Shown here: piece after piece, positions 12,636 through 25,220 of the stretch
Layout of the letters: every line of letters begins with the position of its first letter
How positions within the stretch are numbered: the stretch's first letter is position 1
Origin: the human T2T-CHM13v2.0 reference genome, Homo sapiens
Reading direction: 5' to 3' (one strand)
Length of the DNA stretch: 64,000 bases
Assembly: GCF_009914755.1 (NCBI RefSeq)
Contig: NC_060925.1
Translations under genes and position numbers: made by a program
Notes under the pieces: generated by a model
Told to the model about the DNA's origin: nothing
The model's database searches: none
Seen by the model: the letters and a program-made list of their open reading frames with translations, nothing else

Positions 12636-12790
12636 AGCGAGGTATGGTGGTGAGCACCTGTGGTCCCAGCTACTTGGGAGTCTGAGGTGGGAGGATCACT
12701 GAGCCCAGGAGGTCGAGGCTGCAGGGAGCTATGATTGTGCCACTGCACTCCAGCCTGGGCCACAAAGTGAGACCCAATCTCCAAAAAAAG
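12636..12790 (+). mobile_element. Alu right monomer (FRAM/AluJ-like)
   Basis: cctgtggtcccagctacttgggag...gagcccaggaggtcgaggctgcag...cactccagcctggg, short A tail. Confidence 0.85.
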
Positions 12791-13648
12791 TGTGGGAGAA
12801 AAGAAGACACAGAGCAAGAAGCAGAACCCAGGAAGCTGGACTCCAGAGTCCCTGATCTTACTGCTTGGGGAGGTTTGCCCATCAGTCCTAGCAGAGGGGT
12901 CCTGAGCGAACTTGAATCCTGAAGGACTTGGGGCATTCCTGCCAGCATAGATATTCTGGGGCTAGATAAGACAGAAAAATATGGAAGTGAAGTGGGATGC
13001 TCAGTTAATCAACATTTCTGATGGGGAACTAAGGACTCAAGTGAGGATTCATTTCTATGATGCTGTTGAATGGGGTGAGCGGGGCTTGTGCCTTCAGAGC
13101 ATGGAGCAGGAGGGTTCCGAGGCCTGTGCTGCATTCAGTGACCCCTCCCCACCCGCCCCCACCATCATCCCACCACAGCCCGGCCACTTGCTGTGCTGGC
13201 AGCAGGCCAAAAGCCCAGCAGCCCCTGCGAGCTGTGGCCAGTGCAGACACCCAAGTCTGTCCCAGACGAGTGGACCCCAGCCTTCATTTGAACAAGATCC
13301 TCAGGGCATTTTCAGAAGTGTGGGTCTACAGTGACTCGTCAGATATACCTGTTCTCTGAGAACTCCACCATCCAGCTCTCTCTGCTGAAGGAGTGGGTGG
13401 ACGGTTTGGAATTGGGACATTTTCACTGACATGGGCCCTGAAGCTGGGGGGACCTGAACCAAGATGGGGGTGGCCATGTCCTGCCTTGAGCAAGGAAGCG
13501 GAGGGGGGAGGAAGGGAATGAGAGATAGAAAGAGAGAGAGGGAGAAAGATAGAGGGAGAGAAACTTGACTGTCTTCCGTCAGACCCCTTATCATGAAGCC
13601 CCCTTTTTGCCCGGGTGAGTTTGAGTAGGTGTCTGTTTCTTGCCACAG

Positions 13649-13723
13649 CAATTCCTGACTGAGGGGCCTCCTTGAATGTCTTGCTCCAATTCCTGACTGA
13701 GGGGCCTCCTTGAATGTCTTGCT
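13649..13723. repeat. Perfect 37-bp tandem duplication (period 38)
   Basis: caattcctgactgaggggcctccttgaatgtcttgct at 13649-13685 and 13687-13723. Confidence 0.95.
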
Positions 13724-14079
13724 TCTGGGGACTGGTGCACTAGAACTAGGAGCCCATGTATGTCCTGGAGACGAGAGGAGCACAAGGCATTAGCCAAGGA
13801 GAGGCTGGGGCAGAAATGGCTGAGGTTATAGAAACAGGAGCCTGAGCCAGGACAGCTACATCACTGCTCCTGCACCCATTGTGCAGTCAGTAATCTGAGA
13901 GGCCTGGCTGGCCCCCATCCAGAGCCGAGGATATCACAGATAGGCTTCTGAGTTAGGGTTAGTCCTGGAGGGAGGAGTCCCCCTGTCTATCCAGAGAGCA
14001 CTCAGCCCATAGTAGCTCCTAATTTTTCTTCTCCCCATCTTTCTCCCTTTTCTTAATGAAAATAGCTGGCATTTATGTT

Positions 14080-14260
14080 GGCTTATGATGTGCCTGCCCT
14101 GTGCTAAATATGCAGTGTGCTTTTTCTCGTTTAATCCCCACAAGCACTCCATGAGGGGGCGGCTTTCACACTCATGCATTTTACAGATGAGGAAACAGGC
14201 TCAAGGATGTGAAGTTGCTTCTTCAAAGTTACACAGCTAGTAGCTGGTAGAGCTGGGACT
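14080..14260 (-). mobile_element. MIR SINE
   Basis: cattttacagatgaggaaacaggctcaagg...acacagctagta...agagctggga. Confidence 0.75.
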
Positions 14261-14289
14261 CATACATAAAATATTTAGTTAAGTCTGTG

Positions 14290-15397
14290 AATGAATGAAT
14301 GGATGGATGGATGAGCAGATGGATTGATGGGTGGATGGATGGATGGGTGGATCAATGGGTGGGTAGATGGATAAATGGATGAATGGGTGGATGGATGGGT
14401 GGTGGATGGATGGATAGGTGGATGGATGGATGGGTGGATGGATAGGTGGATGGATGGATGGGTGGGTGCTTGGATGGATGGGTGGGTGCATGGATGGATG
14501 GATAAAAGGGGGGATGGATGGATGGGTGGATGGTTGGGTGGATGGATGGATCGATGGATGGATGGATGGATGGTTGGGTGGATGGATGGATCGGTGGATG
14601 GATGGATGGATGGATGGGTGGGTGGACGGATGGATCGGTGGATGGATGAATGGGTGGATGGATGGATGGATGGGTGGATGGATGGATGGGTGGATGGACG
14701 GATGGATGGATGGGTGGACAGATGGATGGGTGGGTTGATGGATGGATGGGTGGATGGATGGATGGATGGATGGGTGGATGGGTGGATGGATGGATGGATG
14801 GGTGGATGGATGGAGGGGTGGATGGATGGATGGATGGGTGGGTGGATGAATGGGTGGTTGGATGGATGGATGGATGGATGGGTGGATGGGTAGATGGATG
14901 GATGGGTGGGTGGATGGATGGCTGGGTGGATGGGTGGATGGATGGATGGGTGGGTGGATGGATGGCTGGGTGGATGGATGGGTGGATGGATGGATGGATG
15001 GATGGATGAATGGGTGGATGGATGGATGGATGGATGGATGGGTGGATGGGTGGATGGATGGATGGGTGGGTGGATGGATGGATGGGTTGGTGGATGGATG
15101 GATGTATGGGTGGATGTATGTATGTATGTATGTATGGGTGGGTGGATGGATAGATGGATGGATGGATGGGCGGATGGATGGATGGGTGGGTGGGTGGATG
15201 GATGGGTGGATGGATGAATGGGTGGATGGGTGGATGGATGGATGGGTGGGTGGATGGATGGGTGGATGGATGGATGGGTGGATGGATGGATGGGTGGGTG
15301 GGTGGATGGATGGATGGGTGGATGGATGGGTGGGTGGATGGATGGATGGGTGGATGGATGAATGGGTGGATGGATGGATGGATGAATGGATGAATGG
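14290..15397 (+). repeat. ~1.1 kb (GGAT/GGGT)n simple repeat
   Basis: Directly visible; source of the HP-rich and MDGW-rich pseudo-ORFs. Confidence 0.98.
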
Positions 15398-16982
15398 GTC
15401 CTCTACCTATTCTTTCACCCCCACTGTGGGCCTCATTTCTACCAGGTCTCTTGTCCATATCCCCCCACTCCTTGCTGGACCTGCAGCCTAACCTGACCTT
15501 CAGGGTGCTCCTCTCCAGGGATGGTCCCGACCTTGCTTCTCAATGGCTGACACCTGCAACCCAGGGCCTTTCTTCACCTCCTACCTGGCTCAGACCAAAG
15601 TCTCCTCCTGGGCTGTGGCTCTAGGTTAGACCAGAGCTCCCAGACAATGTGGCCTATTGGGCCCCGACCTCCTCTCCATTCTGCAGAGATTACTGCTGGG
15701 GCCATGGCTTGGCTTCCCTGGCACTTGTCAGCTGATGGAATGGGAGGTGCATATTTTAGGAGACCTGCCAACTCATGTTGCCTTTTTTTTTTTGACTTCT
15801 CCAGTTTTCTCAACTCTCCTAAAGCAGGGATCCTGGGTCCCATAATTGTATTACGTGACCCCTTTCTCCCTCGGGCCACAGCTAATTGGACCACAAGCGG
15901 CCACTTGACCCAAGCTGGTGCAATCATAGCCACTTTCCTGGTAATTAGGCCTGGGACACTTAAGCCCGTGTCAAGGGTGGTGGACATTTGGACTGAAAAG
16001 TCACGCAGAGTCAGGGTCTGAGATGTGTCAGGGTTTGAGGGACATCTCTCATTCAAAATAGATCATATGTGTTAGGAGCTTAGCCTACCACCTGCCACAT
16101 GGAAAGTGCTCAATAACCATGAGCTATTTTTAAGATGATGTCATAGGAGAACATGGAAGGTTCTGGTTGGAAAGGGGTCTCTACCAATTCAATCTGTTTG
16201 AATGAGAGTTGGAGGCAGAGGTGAGGCAGAGGCCACCTTCCCACTCCCTTTTGGGCTGTTTCTGTCATGGGAACATGAGGTTTTTCAGCAGCTTCAGTCC
16301 ACTACTCATCTCCAACTTCCTGGGTGCCGAGGAGCACTATGATGTGGGGTGGTGGCGGCCCCCGTGTCTTGATGGAGACTTCTTGGACCCTGGATTGCAG
16401 CTCTAGGGTGTGTCTTTCCCTCCCAGCTCTGGCACAAGGCTCAGAGGTGGTCATGCACTGGTGGGTCAGTTCTGTATTATTCTGGGAGCCATTCCTGGAG
16501 GACCAAGTTGGCCAGGCTCCCTCATCTCTTCCACTGGTTTTATAAACCTCCATACTGAATCCCTTCCTGCTGGAAATGTCCCGCCCTGTACTCTGATTGT
16601 ATGAGCAGTTTCCGTCTCCAGAGGGCAGTTGACATAGAGCTTTCTCATTTCCAGTTTGAAAAAGCTCAGGCCAGACTGTGGCCAAGCTGGGATAAGGTGT
16701 CTACCCGACCTCACTAGCTGTGACCAAAGGGACAGGGCCACGTGAGTAAGTATGTGGCAACTCCCAAGGGAGTGTGTGGATGGAGATGAGGGAGGGGTGT
16801 TGCCAAGGGAAGGGAAGACAGAGGTCAGACAGTCTCAAGGACAGACCCCACATCCTCAATGTCTGAACCAGGAGCCTGGCTGGAGCCACCCGCCTGCTGG
16901 GCACCAGGGTCTCTTGCCTGGGACACAGTCATCCCTGGGGGAAGATGACAAAAGTTCGTCGCCCAGCACCTTCTCGTTCTAA

Positions 16983-17043
16983 GGAGAGAAGAGAAACAGA
17001 AAACACGCCTCAAGGGAGCCCTGTTTTCTAGAAACATTTTATT
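16983..17043 (-). terminator. GRIK3 polyadenylation signal (AATAAA 17038-17043) with downstream GU/U-rich element
   Basis: Plus-strand tttatt at 17038-17043; downstream on the minus strand GTGTTTTCTGTTTCTCTTCTCTCC (16983-17006); second AATAAA at 17138-17143. Confidence 0.85.
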
Positions 17044-20000
17044 TAAAATTTAAAACCATATTACTTCATACAGCAAACTGTGCACTTTGATATATCACAG
17101 TGTCTTAAAAAGGAAAATAATCAGATTTGTTTGGAAATTTATTTACATCAGCCTAGAATGATTGGCAAGTAACACAGTTACTATGAAACCCAAATTGTTA
17201 CAAAATGTTTACAAAAAACTATATTCATAGAAATTCTGCATGTCCACAAAGGGCATCCCCTGAATGGCCCAGAGACCAGTGTGTGGGAACCATGTTGAGT
17301 GGGAGTGGGGGGCGTCCAGGCACTCTGGTCTGGGTGGTGGGACAGGTCTAGGGTCTCAGAGGCCCATGGTGCTCCCTGGGGGCTCAGCCCAGAGCCTGGG
17401 AACTGAGGCCCCTACCATGGGAGGCCCAACCAGGAAGTCGGCCCAGGCAGAGGTGGGCTGGGGGCTTGGCGCACAGTGGTAAGAGGACCCATGATCCCTA
17501 CGGAACCAAGACAGGATGCTCCTCATGGGGCTGGAGTCAGGCGTGCTTGGTCAGGGCCCCAGAGGCAGACCCAGAGTTCAGTGCAGACCAGCCTGACGCC
17601 TGAGGCTGAAGCTGGGGCAGGCTGCTGACTGCACGGAAGCCCACCTCAGATATCTCCTCCCCTGCATGCTCCAGAGATGCTCAGACCTGCGAAAGAGGCT
17701 AAAGGAATGGAACTGCAGAGAACAGACCGATCTGGGTGAGCCAGGGACAGAGATCTGCAGCCTCCTGGGGAGGGGGCACTCTGCCAACTGCCCTGCCAGG
17801 ATGCCGCAGGGGAGAGAAAGGCAGACAGATGGAGCCTGGGCTGTGCTAGGATAGGAGCTACCTTCTTGCCTCTCATCTTTCACCCCTCTGGCTCTGAGGT
17901 CGCTCCCTGACAGCTGGTCTCTGGGTCAAATGGGGCTGGGGAGGTTGTCTGAGGCAAGGCAAACCCTTGGCTGGCATTTGACTGAATCTATGGCTGCTTC
18001 TTCATGTCTGGAGGCCTCAGAGTTTCAATCCATAAAATGGAGACAATCTGGGAGGTGATGTGAGGTCCACTGTTCTAGAAGGCAGGAGGACAGGATCAGT
18101 AACAGGGGCATGGGAACACTGTATCGGCATGCTGGCCATGCCCTGGGGGCATTCTCTTTAACAAGTGCTTTCCCTAGTTGTGAGCTGTGTTGTGTGCAAG
18201 TTGTGACTGCTTCTGCATGTGGGTGAGAATCAGAGGCAGAGGCTTTTGCTACCTAGAATAGCCCCGCCTTCTAGGGTATCCTAGATGGAGCCTGAAACCT
18301 ACCTGTGATTCTGCAGGCAGGTGTGAGAACAGGCCTGGGGAGTGGCCTGCTCTTTCCCAGCCCTTCTGCTCCTGATGAATTGCCCCAGAACTAGAATGTA
18401 ATATTGGCACAGGGGCTGAGTACTAGCATGACATTGCTTCTCAGACACACCCAGCTGTCCTGCCTCAGACAGGCTCGGATGGAGATGAGGTCCGTTGGCC
18501 ATTCCTGCCCCTCCCACAGGAGGCCCTGGCGGTGCAGGACTCACCTGGCAGCACCATGTAGCTCTGCCCTCTTCTTCAGGGTCTGGAGCTCTGATGTGTG
18601 GAGGGCCTTCGCCACCCCAAGGGGCTCTCTGAGACCTCCGTCCCAGACTTTGCTGCTGCAGCCCCCATCTCTCATCTGGTCCTCACCCGTGCTGGCTGGG
18701 TTCTGTACACTCCGTGTGCAGACGTGCAGGAAAGGGTTGTATACACATGGGCTACAGGTCATATATACACTGTGCATATATATATATATATACAGTATAT
18801 ATATATATTTTACATTCATATATATATTGTACAGAACATTAACCTTCTACCTAAAAGTTTTGTGACTCACGTATGACCTCAGCTCTGAAATTTTTACTCC
18901 AGGGCAAATCCAGGACTGAAGGGAAGGCCTGATTTAAACTGCCATGGGGACAGAGGGCACGGCCCTTCCATGGCAGCCAGCAGCCGGGCCACTTCCAGAT
19001 GTGTCCACTTGACCTGCAACTTTCAGATGTGTCTAATCCAGAGACCTGCCCACAGAGTTGGGCTCATTTCTTGTATCTGTCCATGAGGCTGGGCCCATCC
19101 CAGATGATAAGTCCATGCAGCTGTTTGTCCAAACCTCTAGCCCCTTTGCAGATGGGTATCCACACAGGACCACTCCAGATGTGAGCCAGAGAGGCCAGCC
19201 TACTTTCAGATGTTTGTGCATGTAGCTGGGAGTGGCTCAGGGAGGGACCAACTTCATGCTGAGTGATGAAGCAGGAGCTGTGACCCACCCCCCACACCCA
19301 GTACCCCTGGAAAAGTAGGCAGAAAGGGAGCTTTTGATCGTTCTTGGTGAGTGCACGCCTGGTGGAGGGGAGCAACTTCTAACCTGTTTGGCCCTTTACC
19401 CTGGCCTGGGCCAGGATTCCCATCTTCCAGGGCCTAGGGCATGGCAGGGGTTGGGGGTGGAGCCAGAGTGTGCTTCCAGGTTAGATAGAGTCTCGGCTGT
19501 GAGGAGGGGGTGGCCCTCTTACCCCTCAGACACTCAAAGTCCAGCACACTGGCCAAGGGGGCGTCACCCCTCGCGAGAGACTCTTGCAGCATGGGGCCAC
19601 TTGAACATTGACAACGCTTTCAGGATTTTCTTCTGTCCAGAGCAGAGAAACCAGCAGCAGGACAAGGGGAGAGTGATTGGGAGGGCTCACTGTCCTTAGT
19701 CCCAGGGCCTCGGCAGGGGCGGTGGGGTTGGTGTCTTCTTACCACTGCCCCTCAACTTGGCCAGCTTGAGCAGGTGGAGAGGAGGCACTTGCATTTGGGG
19801 ATGCAGTGGGGACATTCTTCTGTTCAGGGCTGGCATGTGGCACCACGCAGGGACAGTCCAGCATCTGCTCAGGCAGGTTCCTTCTTCTGCTCCATCCAAG
19901 CAAGCTTTCATGCTTCCCATCACCTCTCAGTGCCTGCGTGTGTGCACACACACTACACATGCATACACACACATACACACACACGCATGCACCTGCCCCA

Positions 20001-23000
20001 GCTCAGCTCCATGCCCACTGGCAGGACAGACCTAAACTTAAAAAAACACAAGATCTGCCTCACTGAAAACACCTCCCCACTCCGTCCCACCTCACAGATG
20101 TAGCATCATTTTCAGTGCCCCGGGAGAGACAGAGCTCATGCTTGGGCAGCTGTGGTCCCCACTGCACTTTGAACACTAGGCTGGTCTCTAGGACAAATGC
20201 AGGATATTGGCCAGAAGCCAAATATCAGCCACACCGACAACACCTGAACATCAGGACGCAAGGTTTGCCTGGGAGAGGAGATGAGGCAGCATGCCCTCCT
20301 GCTTCCACACAGGAGTCTAAAGACCAGTCGGTACATTTTGGGGGGTTTCTCGAATTGAATTCTGCCTCTATTTATCCACTATTCTTTGTTCGTTTTATAA
20401 AAATTCTCACCACTTCTTCTTCCTCCTGTCACAATCCACATATATGCATAGCCTCTGAAGAACATGCTCATGTAGCATCACACACACAACACATGTGTGA
20501 GACAAGAGCAAGAATGAGGCACGTGCTCTGAAACTATACTGGACAAAGTAAGACGGCGCTTAATGATTGTGTTTGCTGACAGCAAATTGGCAAATACCTT
20601 CATTAGAATCCTGTTACCTGGGAATTACAAAAAAGAGTTTTCCCTTCAAACAGGACATGATGTCCACAGCAAAGGCATCAGCAGCATGAGCCCCTGAAGG
20701 GTTGTGCCCCCGTCTCCTGGCAAGTGTGCCCATGCAACCTTGGAACCTCTCTGTGACAAATGATCTCTCCCATGACAGAAGTGCAAACAGACCCTGGTGC
20801 CCGGCCTTCCTGATTGTCTGTCTTTGCTTCCACTGTGACCTGGAACATATGTGTGTGTCCCACACACTCGGAAACTTCAACTCCACGTGGCTTCTTGTCT
20901 ACAGCATGCATTGACCCATGTCACACGACTCTCTGGTCCTGGCCTTCCCCCCGCTCCCCACTGTGCACACATGCCTGTACACATGTGTTCACATGCACTC
21001 AGACATGGACCCCTTGGTGACATGGCTTCTCCTTTTACGCATATTTGGCTAGCTGCAGGTAAGATCCTGATCTCCATCCTATGCCATTCAGTGTACATGT
21101 GCACACACACACACCAGCATGCACACACCTATGCATGCATGCATGCTTACATATGCATACCCACCAGGGCCCCATTATGACATGGCTTCTCCTGTTTTTA
21201 CATATATGGGGCCTTGCTGCTTCACATATTTGTCTCCCTCGTCCCCAATTCACTCAGATACACATACGCACGCATATGCACACATCAGATCCCCAAGGAT
21301 TCACCTATTATTGCATGCCCTGGACTATGTTATATGTCCAGATCTGTCCTGTGCCCCAGCCCCCGAAGCTCACACATACAAACACAAAGACACAGACACA
21401 CATGCACACGCCCTCTGTACCCTGAAGCTTATGACAGCATGGCTTTTCCTAACATTACATGCATGGGGCTTTGGTGTATGTCTAGCCCTCCTCTCCCTCG
21501 TCCAATGTACATAGCCAGTCAGAGCTGCTAGGATTCTGGGAACCTGCTGGTTTGGTCCTGCAGCTCACAGTCTGGAGGAGGGACAGTGTTTATCACATGA
21601 GCCCACTGTGGTCTCCTGCTTTGCTAGAGATTGCCCTTCACCCAGATGAGAAAGCCCTTGAGATCCAAATGAAGCTCTTCCCTAACCGGGCTTCCCAAGC
21701 AGCATGGGACAGAGGTGGGAGGGGAGTGGCTGGTATGCCCCAGTTCTCATCCAGAATCCCCAGAACCTCCCTCCCCTGTTCAAAACCTGCCCCTCCATCC
21801 TTGGCCATGGTAACCCTGCTGGCCCATCATGTTCTCTTTAAGGACACTTTGTTCCTAATCCTTCATGTCTCATTCTTTTCCAAGACTCTTAAAGTCACAG
21901 ACCTCTAGAGCATTCATCACAGCAAGCTGGAACTCATAGGTCCACCCCCTGGCTGGTACCCAACCTGCTGCTACTTCTCTGCTGTCTTCCCCAAGCCCCA
22001 CAATGCCATAGCTGCTCTGGACAACAGACAAGGGGCCAGGATGGCCTCATGTCTCTGTGTGGGGTCTTTGGTTAATTCTCCAGGAGGCAGCTTCTTCCTC
22101 CCCACCCTTGGGGCCTCTGCCAGCTATGATATTATGTCCCTGGAAACTTTCTTTTCCTGGGGAGCATCTCTAGGTTTGGTAAGTCCAGGAGACCAGAAGT
22201 TCTTTTGGTCTCTTCTGGTTTCCCTCACCTAGCCCAAAGTTAGTCTGTGTAGTAGGACACTAACTCCTTTTTTGAGGAGGGACAACTTGACTTTCACTTC
22301 AACCAACTCTTCTTTCAAAAAGACAGAGTGAGGCCAAGGTCAACCAGCCAGGAATGGGGAGTTGTTGATGAGAAGATGGCAAAGAGCCCAGGTTTCCAAA
22401 TGTGAACAGGGTTTAGACAACAGCTTGCTAACCAGGAAAGTGAGATCCATTGGCACAAGAGCCGGTGGGACTTCCATGGAATCTGCTTTTCCTCTGCTGG
22501 GCTTCAAATACCGGCTGCATCTTTGGGCATCCTTTGTGAGAAATTCAGGGGGTCCTCTCTCCTCTGGCTAGAAAGTGGAGAAGAATTTTCTGTGGCCACT
22601 CCCCCACTTATATTCTTAGAGACCTCCTAGAGGATTAGGAACCACTGGGTCATTGTCCATAAGAATCCAAAATGGCGGCCTCTGTTTGTGCATTCTCTTC
22701 TCTCCCATACCCCAAACTCCTCTTTTCCCCTGTGTAGCTCTGTCTTCAACTCTGCCAGAACAGGGGCTGCCAGGGGCAGCGCCAAGTTCAGAAGATTAGG
22801 ACCACGTGAACAGCCCCAGAGGGATGAAGTCTTCCTTCTGCCCAGGCATATGGGATGGGTATCCCTCACCATGAGCTCCCATTGGCAGCCATGCTAGAAC
22901 ATCCTTAAGGCGCCGAAGGCTTGTGTCTCTGGCCTCACGGTCAAGCTGTAGGAGGCCTGGGCTCTTGTGGAAGAAATGGCAATATAAGAGCTGTCTTCCA

Positions 23001-23342
23001 TTTTCTGTGCCCTCTGCAGGGCTGCGGCAGAAACTTCTGACTCTGGAGGAGAGTTGAGGGGCAGGTGAGTTTGGCCTGAGAGAGGCATGTGCTTCCTTTG
23101 GCCTTGGCTATCTCGGCTGGCAGCTTTAGAAACCCACAGAAGATCTGAGGAGGATGAAGCCCAAGCAGCTGGCCTGAGAGCCTGCTGGCTTCCTGGCAGG
23201 TAAGGGCAGGAGGCTCCTGGCCCAACAGGCAGGTGGCAGCTCTGGTCCCCAAGCCCAGTGCGGGGACAGGGGACGTTCCTTCCAATCTCCTTTGCTTTCC
23301 TCTGCCCAGCCCCCAGGCCTGAGGTCCCCACCCCAGCTGTGC
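17020..23342 (-). other. GRIK3: GRIK3 long 3'UTR (~6.3 kb)
   Basis: Runs from the stop codon to the AATAAA cluster; no recognisable Alu/L1, unlike the flanking introns; AU-rich terminal block; exact cleavage site approximate. Confidence 0.8.
18758..18833. repeat. (TA)n-rich block in the GRIK3 3'UTR containing UGUAUAUA motifs on the mRNA strand
   Basis: tatataca at 18762-18769 and 18787-18794. Confidence 0.8.
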
Positions 23343-23537
23343 CTAGGGGAACACAGGGGCTAAGGATGTGCTGCAGGCCATGCTGTCCTTGCCGGGAAGC
23401 CGGCGGTCATTGAATGTGTGCATGTTGATGACGGCGTCAGTCTTGACCATCATGGGAGGCTGAGGCTTGTGCTTGACTCGACGCTGGCAGGTAAGGGAGA
23501 AACGGATCTCATCGGCCACGGTGCTGCAGAAGGAACG
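23343..23537 (-). CDS. GRIK3: GRIK3 last coding exon (exon 16 CDS): GluK3a C-terminus [64 protein letters not shown]
   Basis: Acceptor cctgcag|CGT at 23538-23539, stop TAG at 23343-23345. The seven exons total 1434 nt (477 aa + stop), consistent with residues ~443-919 of GluK3. Confidence 0.97.
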   Translation of the reverse strand, partial: RSFCSTVADEIRFSLTCQRRVKHKPQPPMMVKTDAVINMHTFNDRRLPGKDSMACSTSLAPVFP

Positions 23538-24409
23538 CTGCAGGAGGGTGGAGGAGAGGGGTCGGAAAAGGGGCACAGAGTGATGCCCGGTCTTGCAACT
23601 CCAGCCAGTTCCTCCCCTTTCTCCCAGAGTCTGTGCTAAGGTTACCCGTCTTTCTCACACCTTCACCCCACCCATCCCTCTGCCACCTGCAGGATGATTA
23701 GTTTGTGCAGCAGTCTACAAAACCTGACATTCTTGTTTGGAGACTAAGGTAGGTGGGGCATCATCTTAACCTCATTTATACATGAGCAAACTGAGGTTCT
23801 GAATGGCATGCACATTAACGTCTGAGGAGCTCTGGTTTACCTGTGCCATTTTTCTTCACTAGACTCGGAGGGCAGGAACCAGCCAGTTTCATCCCCATGG
23901 GCCCAACTTTCGAGCCCTGACCAAAGCACTAGCTTTGGCCCAGGGTCAGGACTGAAGAAACATTTGACGAATGTATGGATAAACTTTCTCCTGGAAGGGC
24001 TTCCAACTAAGGGGAAGAATCAGTGTCTTCCCACTCAGGGAAGTCCAGCACATGTTTCTCAAGGTGGAAAACTGGGAGGCAGGTCCCTCTAGGGCTGTTG
24101 GGTGGCAGTGACCTTCTTTTGGCCTGGGTCCCTGCACATAGCCAAGAGGAACATCAAGAGCGCAGCGTTTCCCGCAGGTATCTGATGATGGTGGCTTCCA
24201 GAGGTTGTCCTGCAGCTTGCATGGAAGGCAGTGGGGGATGCTGATATCTCAACTTACCTAGTGAGGCCAGGGCACTAGCACCAGGACTACTTGTGTGCAG
24301 GGGCTGGGGACTAGGCTTTGTATTCTTGCTCTGCCTCCTACCAGCTGTGACCCTCCAGGCTTCCCTTTCCTCACCTACTACATGCAGAATGTCATCCCTC
24401 CTTGCCTCC

Positions 24410-24880
24410 TTTTCTTCATTCCACAAATACTTAATGCGACCCTACTATGTGCCAGGCACTGTTCCAGGTGTTAGGCATGCAGCAGTGAAGAAGACGGATA
24501 AGGCCATAGCCCACTCAGGGAGCTTGCGGTCTAACGATGAGATGGAATAGATAATGAACACGTGAACAAATAAATAATTTCAGACAGTGACAGCCATTAG
24601 GAAGAGAATCAAGCAGTGAAATGGGATAGAGAGGGGCTGGAAATGGGGGCAGGTGAGGAAGGCTACTTGAGGAGGTAACATTGGAACTGAAACAAGAATG
24701 ACCAGAAGATGTCAAGAACACACCCTCTGGGGGAGGAGCATTTTAGGAGCAGCATGTGCAAAGGGCCTAAGGCAGAAATGTGCTTGGTGTGTTCAGGACT
24801 GAACAGGAGTGGAGCAGAGTAGGGGAGGAGAGTGAGGGAAGGAAGTGGGCAGAGAAGTGGAGTAGACAGATCCTTTAGGC
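24410..24880 (-). mobile_element. L2 LINE fragment (probably continues at ~26120-26370)
   Basis: ttcattccacaaatacttaatgcgacctactatgtgccaggcactgtt... L2 3' end; gcaaagggcctaaggcag. Confidence 0.7.
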
Positions 24881-24903
24881 TTTTTGGTGGAATGAGGAGC
24901 TCT

Positions 24904-25220
<317 letters not shown>

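Noticed and set aside
14290-15397. EWS-FLI1-type microsatellite enhancer or CRISPR-like array
   Set aside because: The unit is GGAT/GGGT, not GGAA; there are no unique spacers; the DNA is eukaryotic
14352-15491. Long ORFs (368 aa His/Pro-rich; 172-213 aa MDGW-rich)
   Set aside because: Translations of the (GGAT)n repeat, which lacks stops; no gene context
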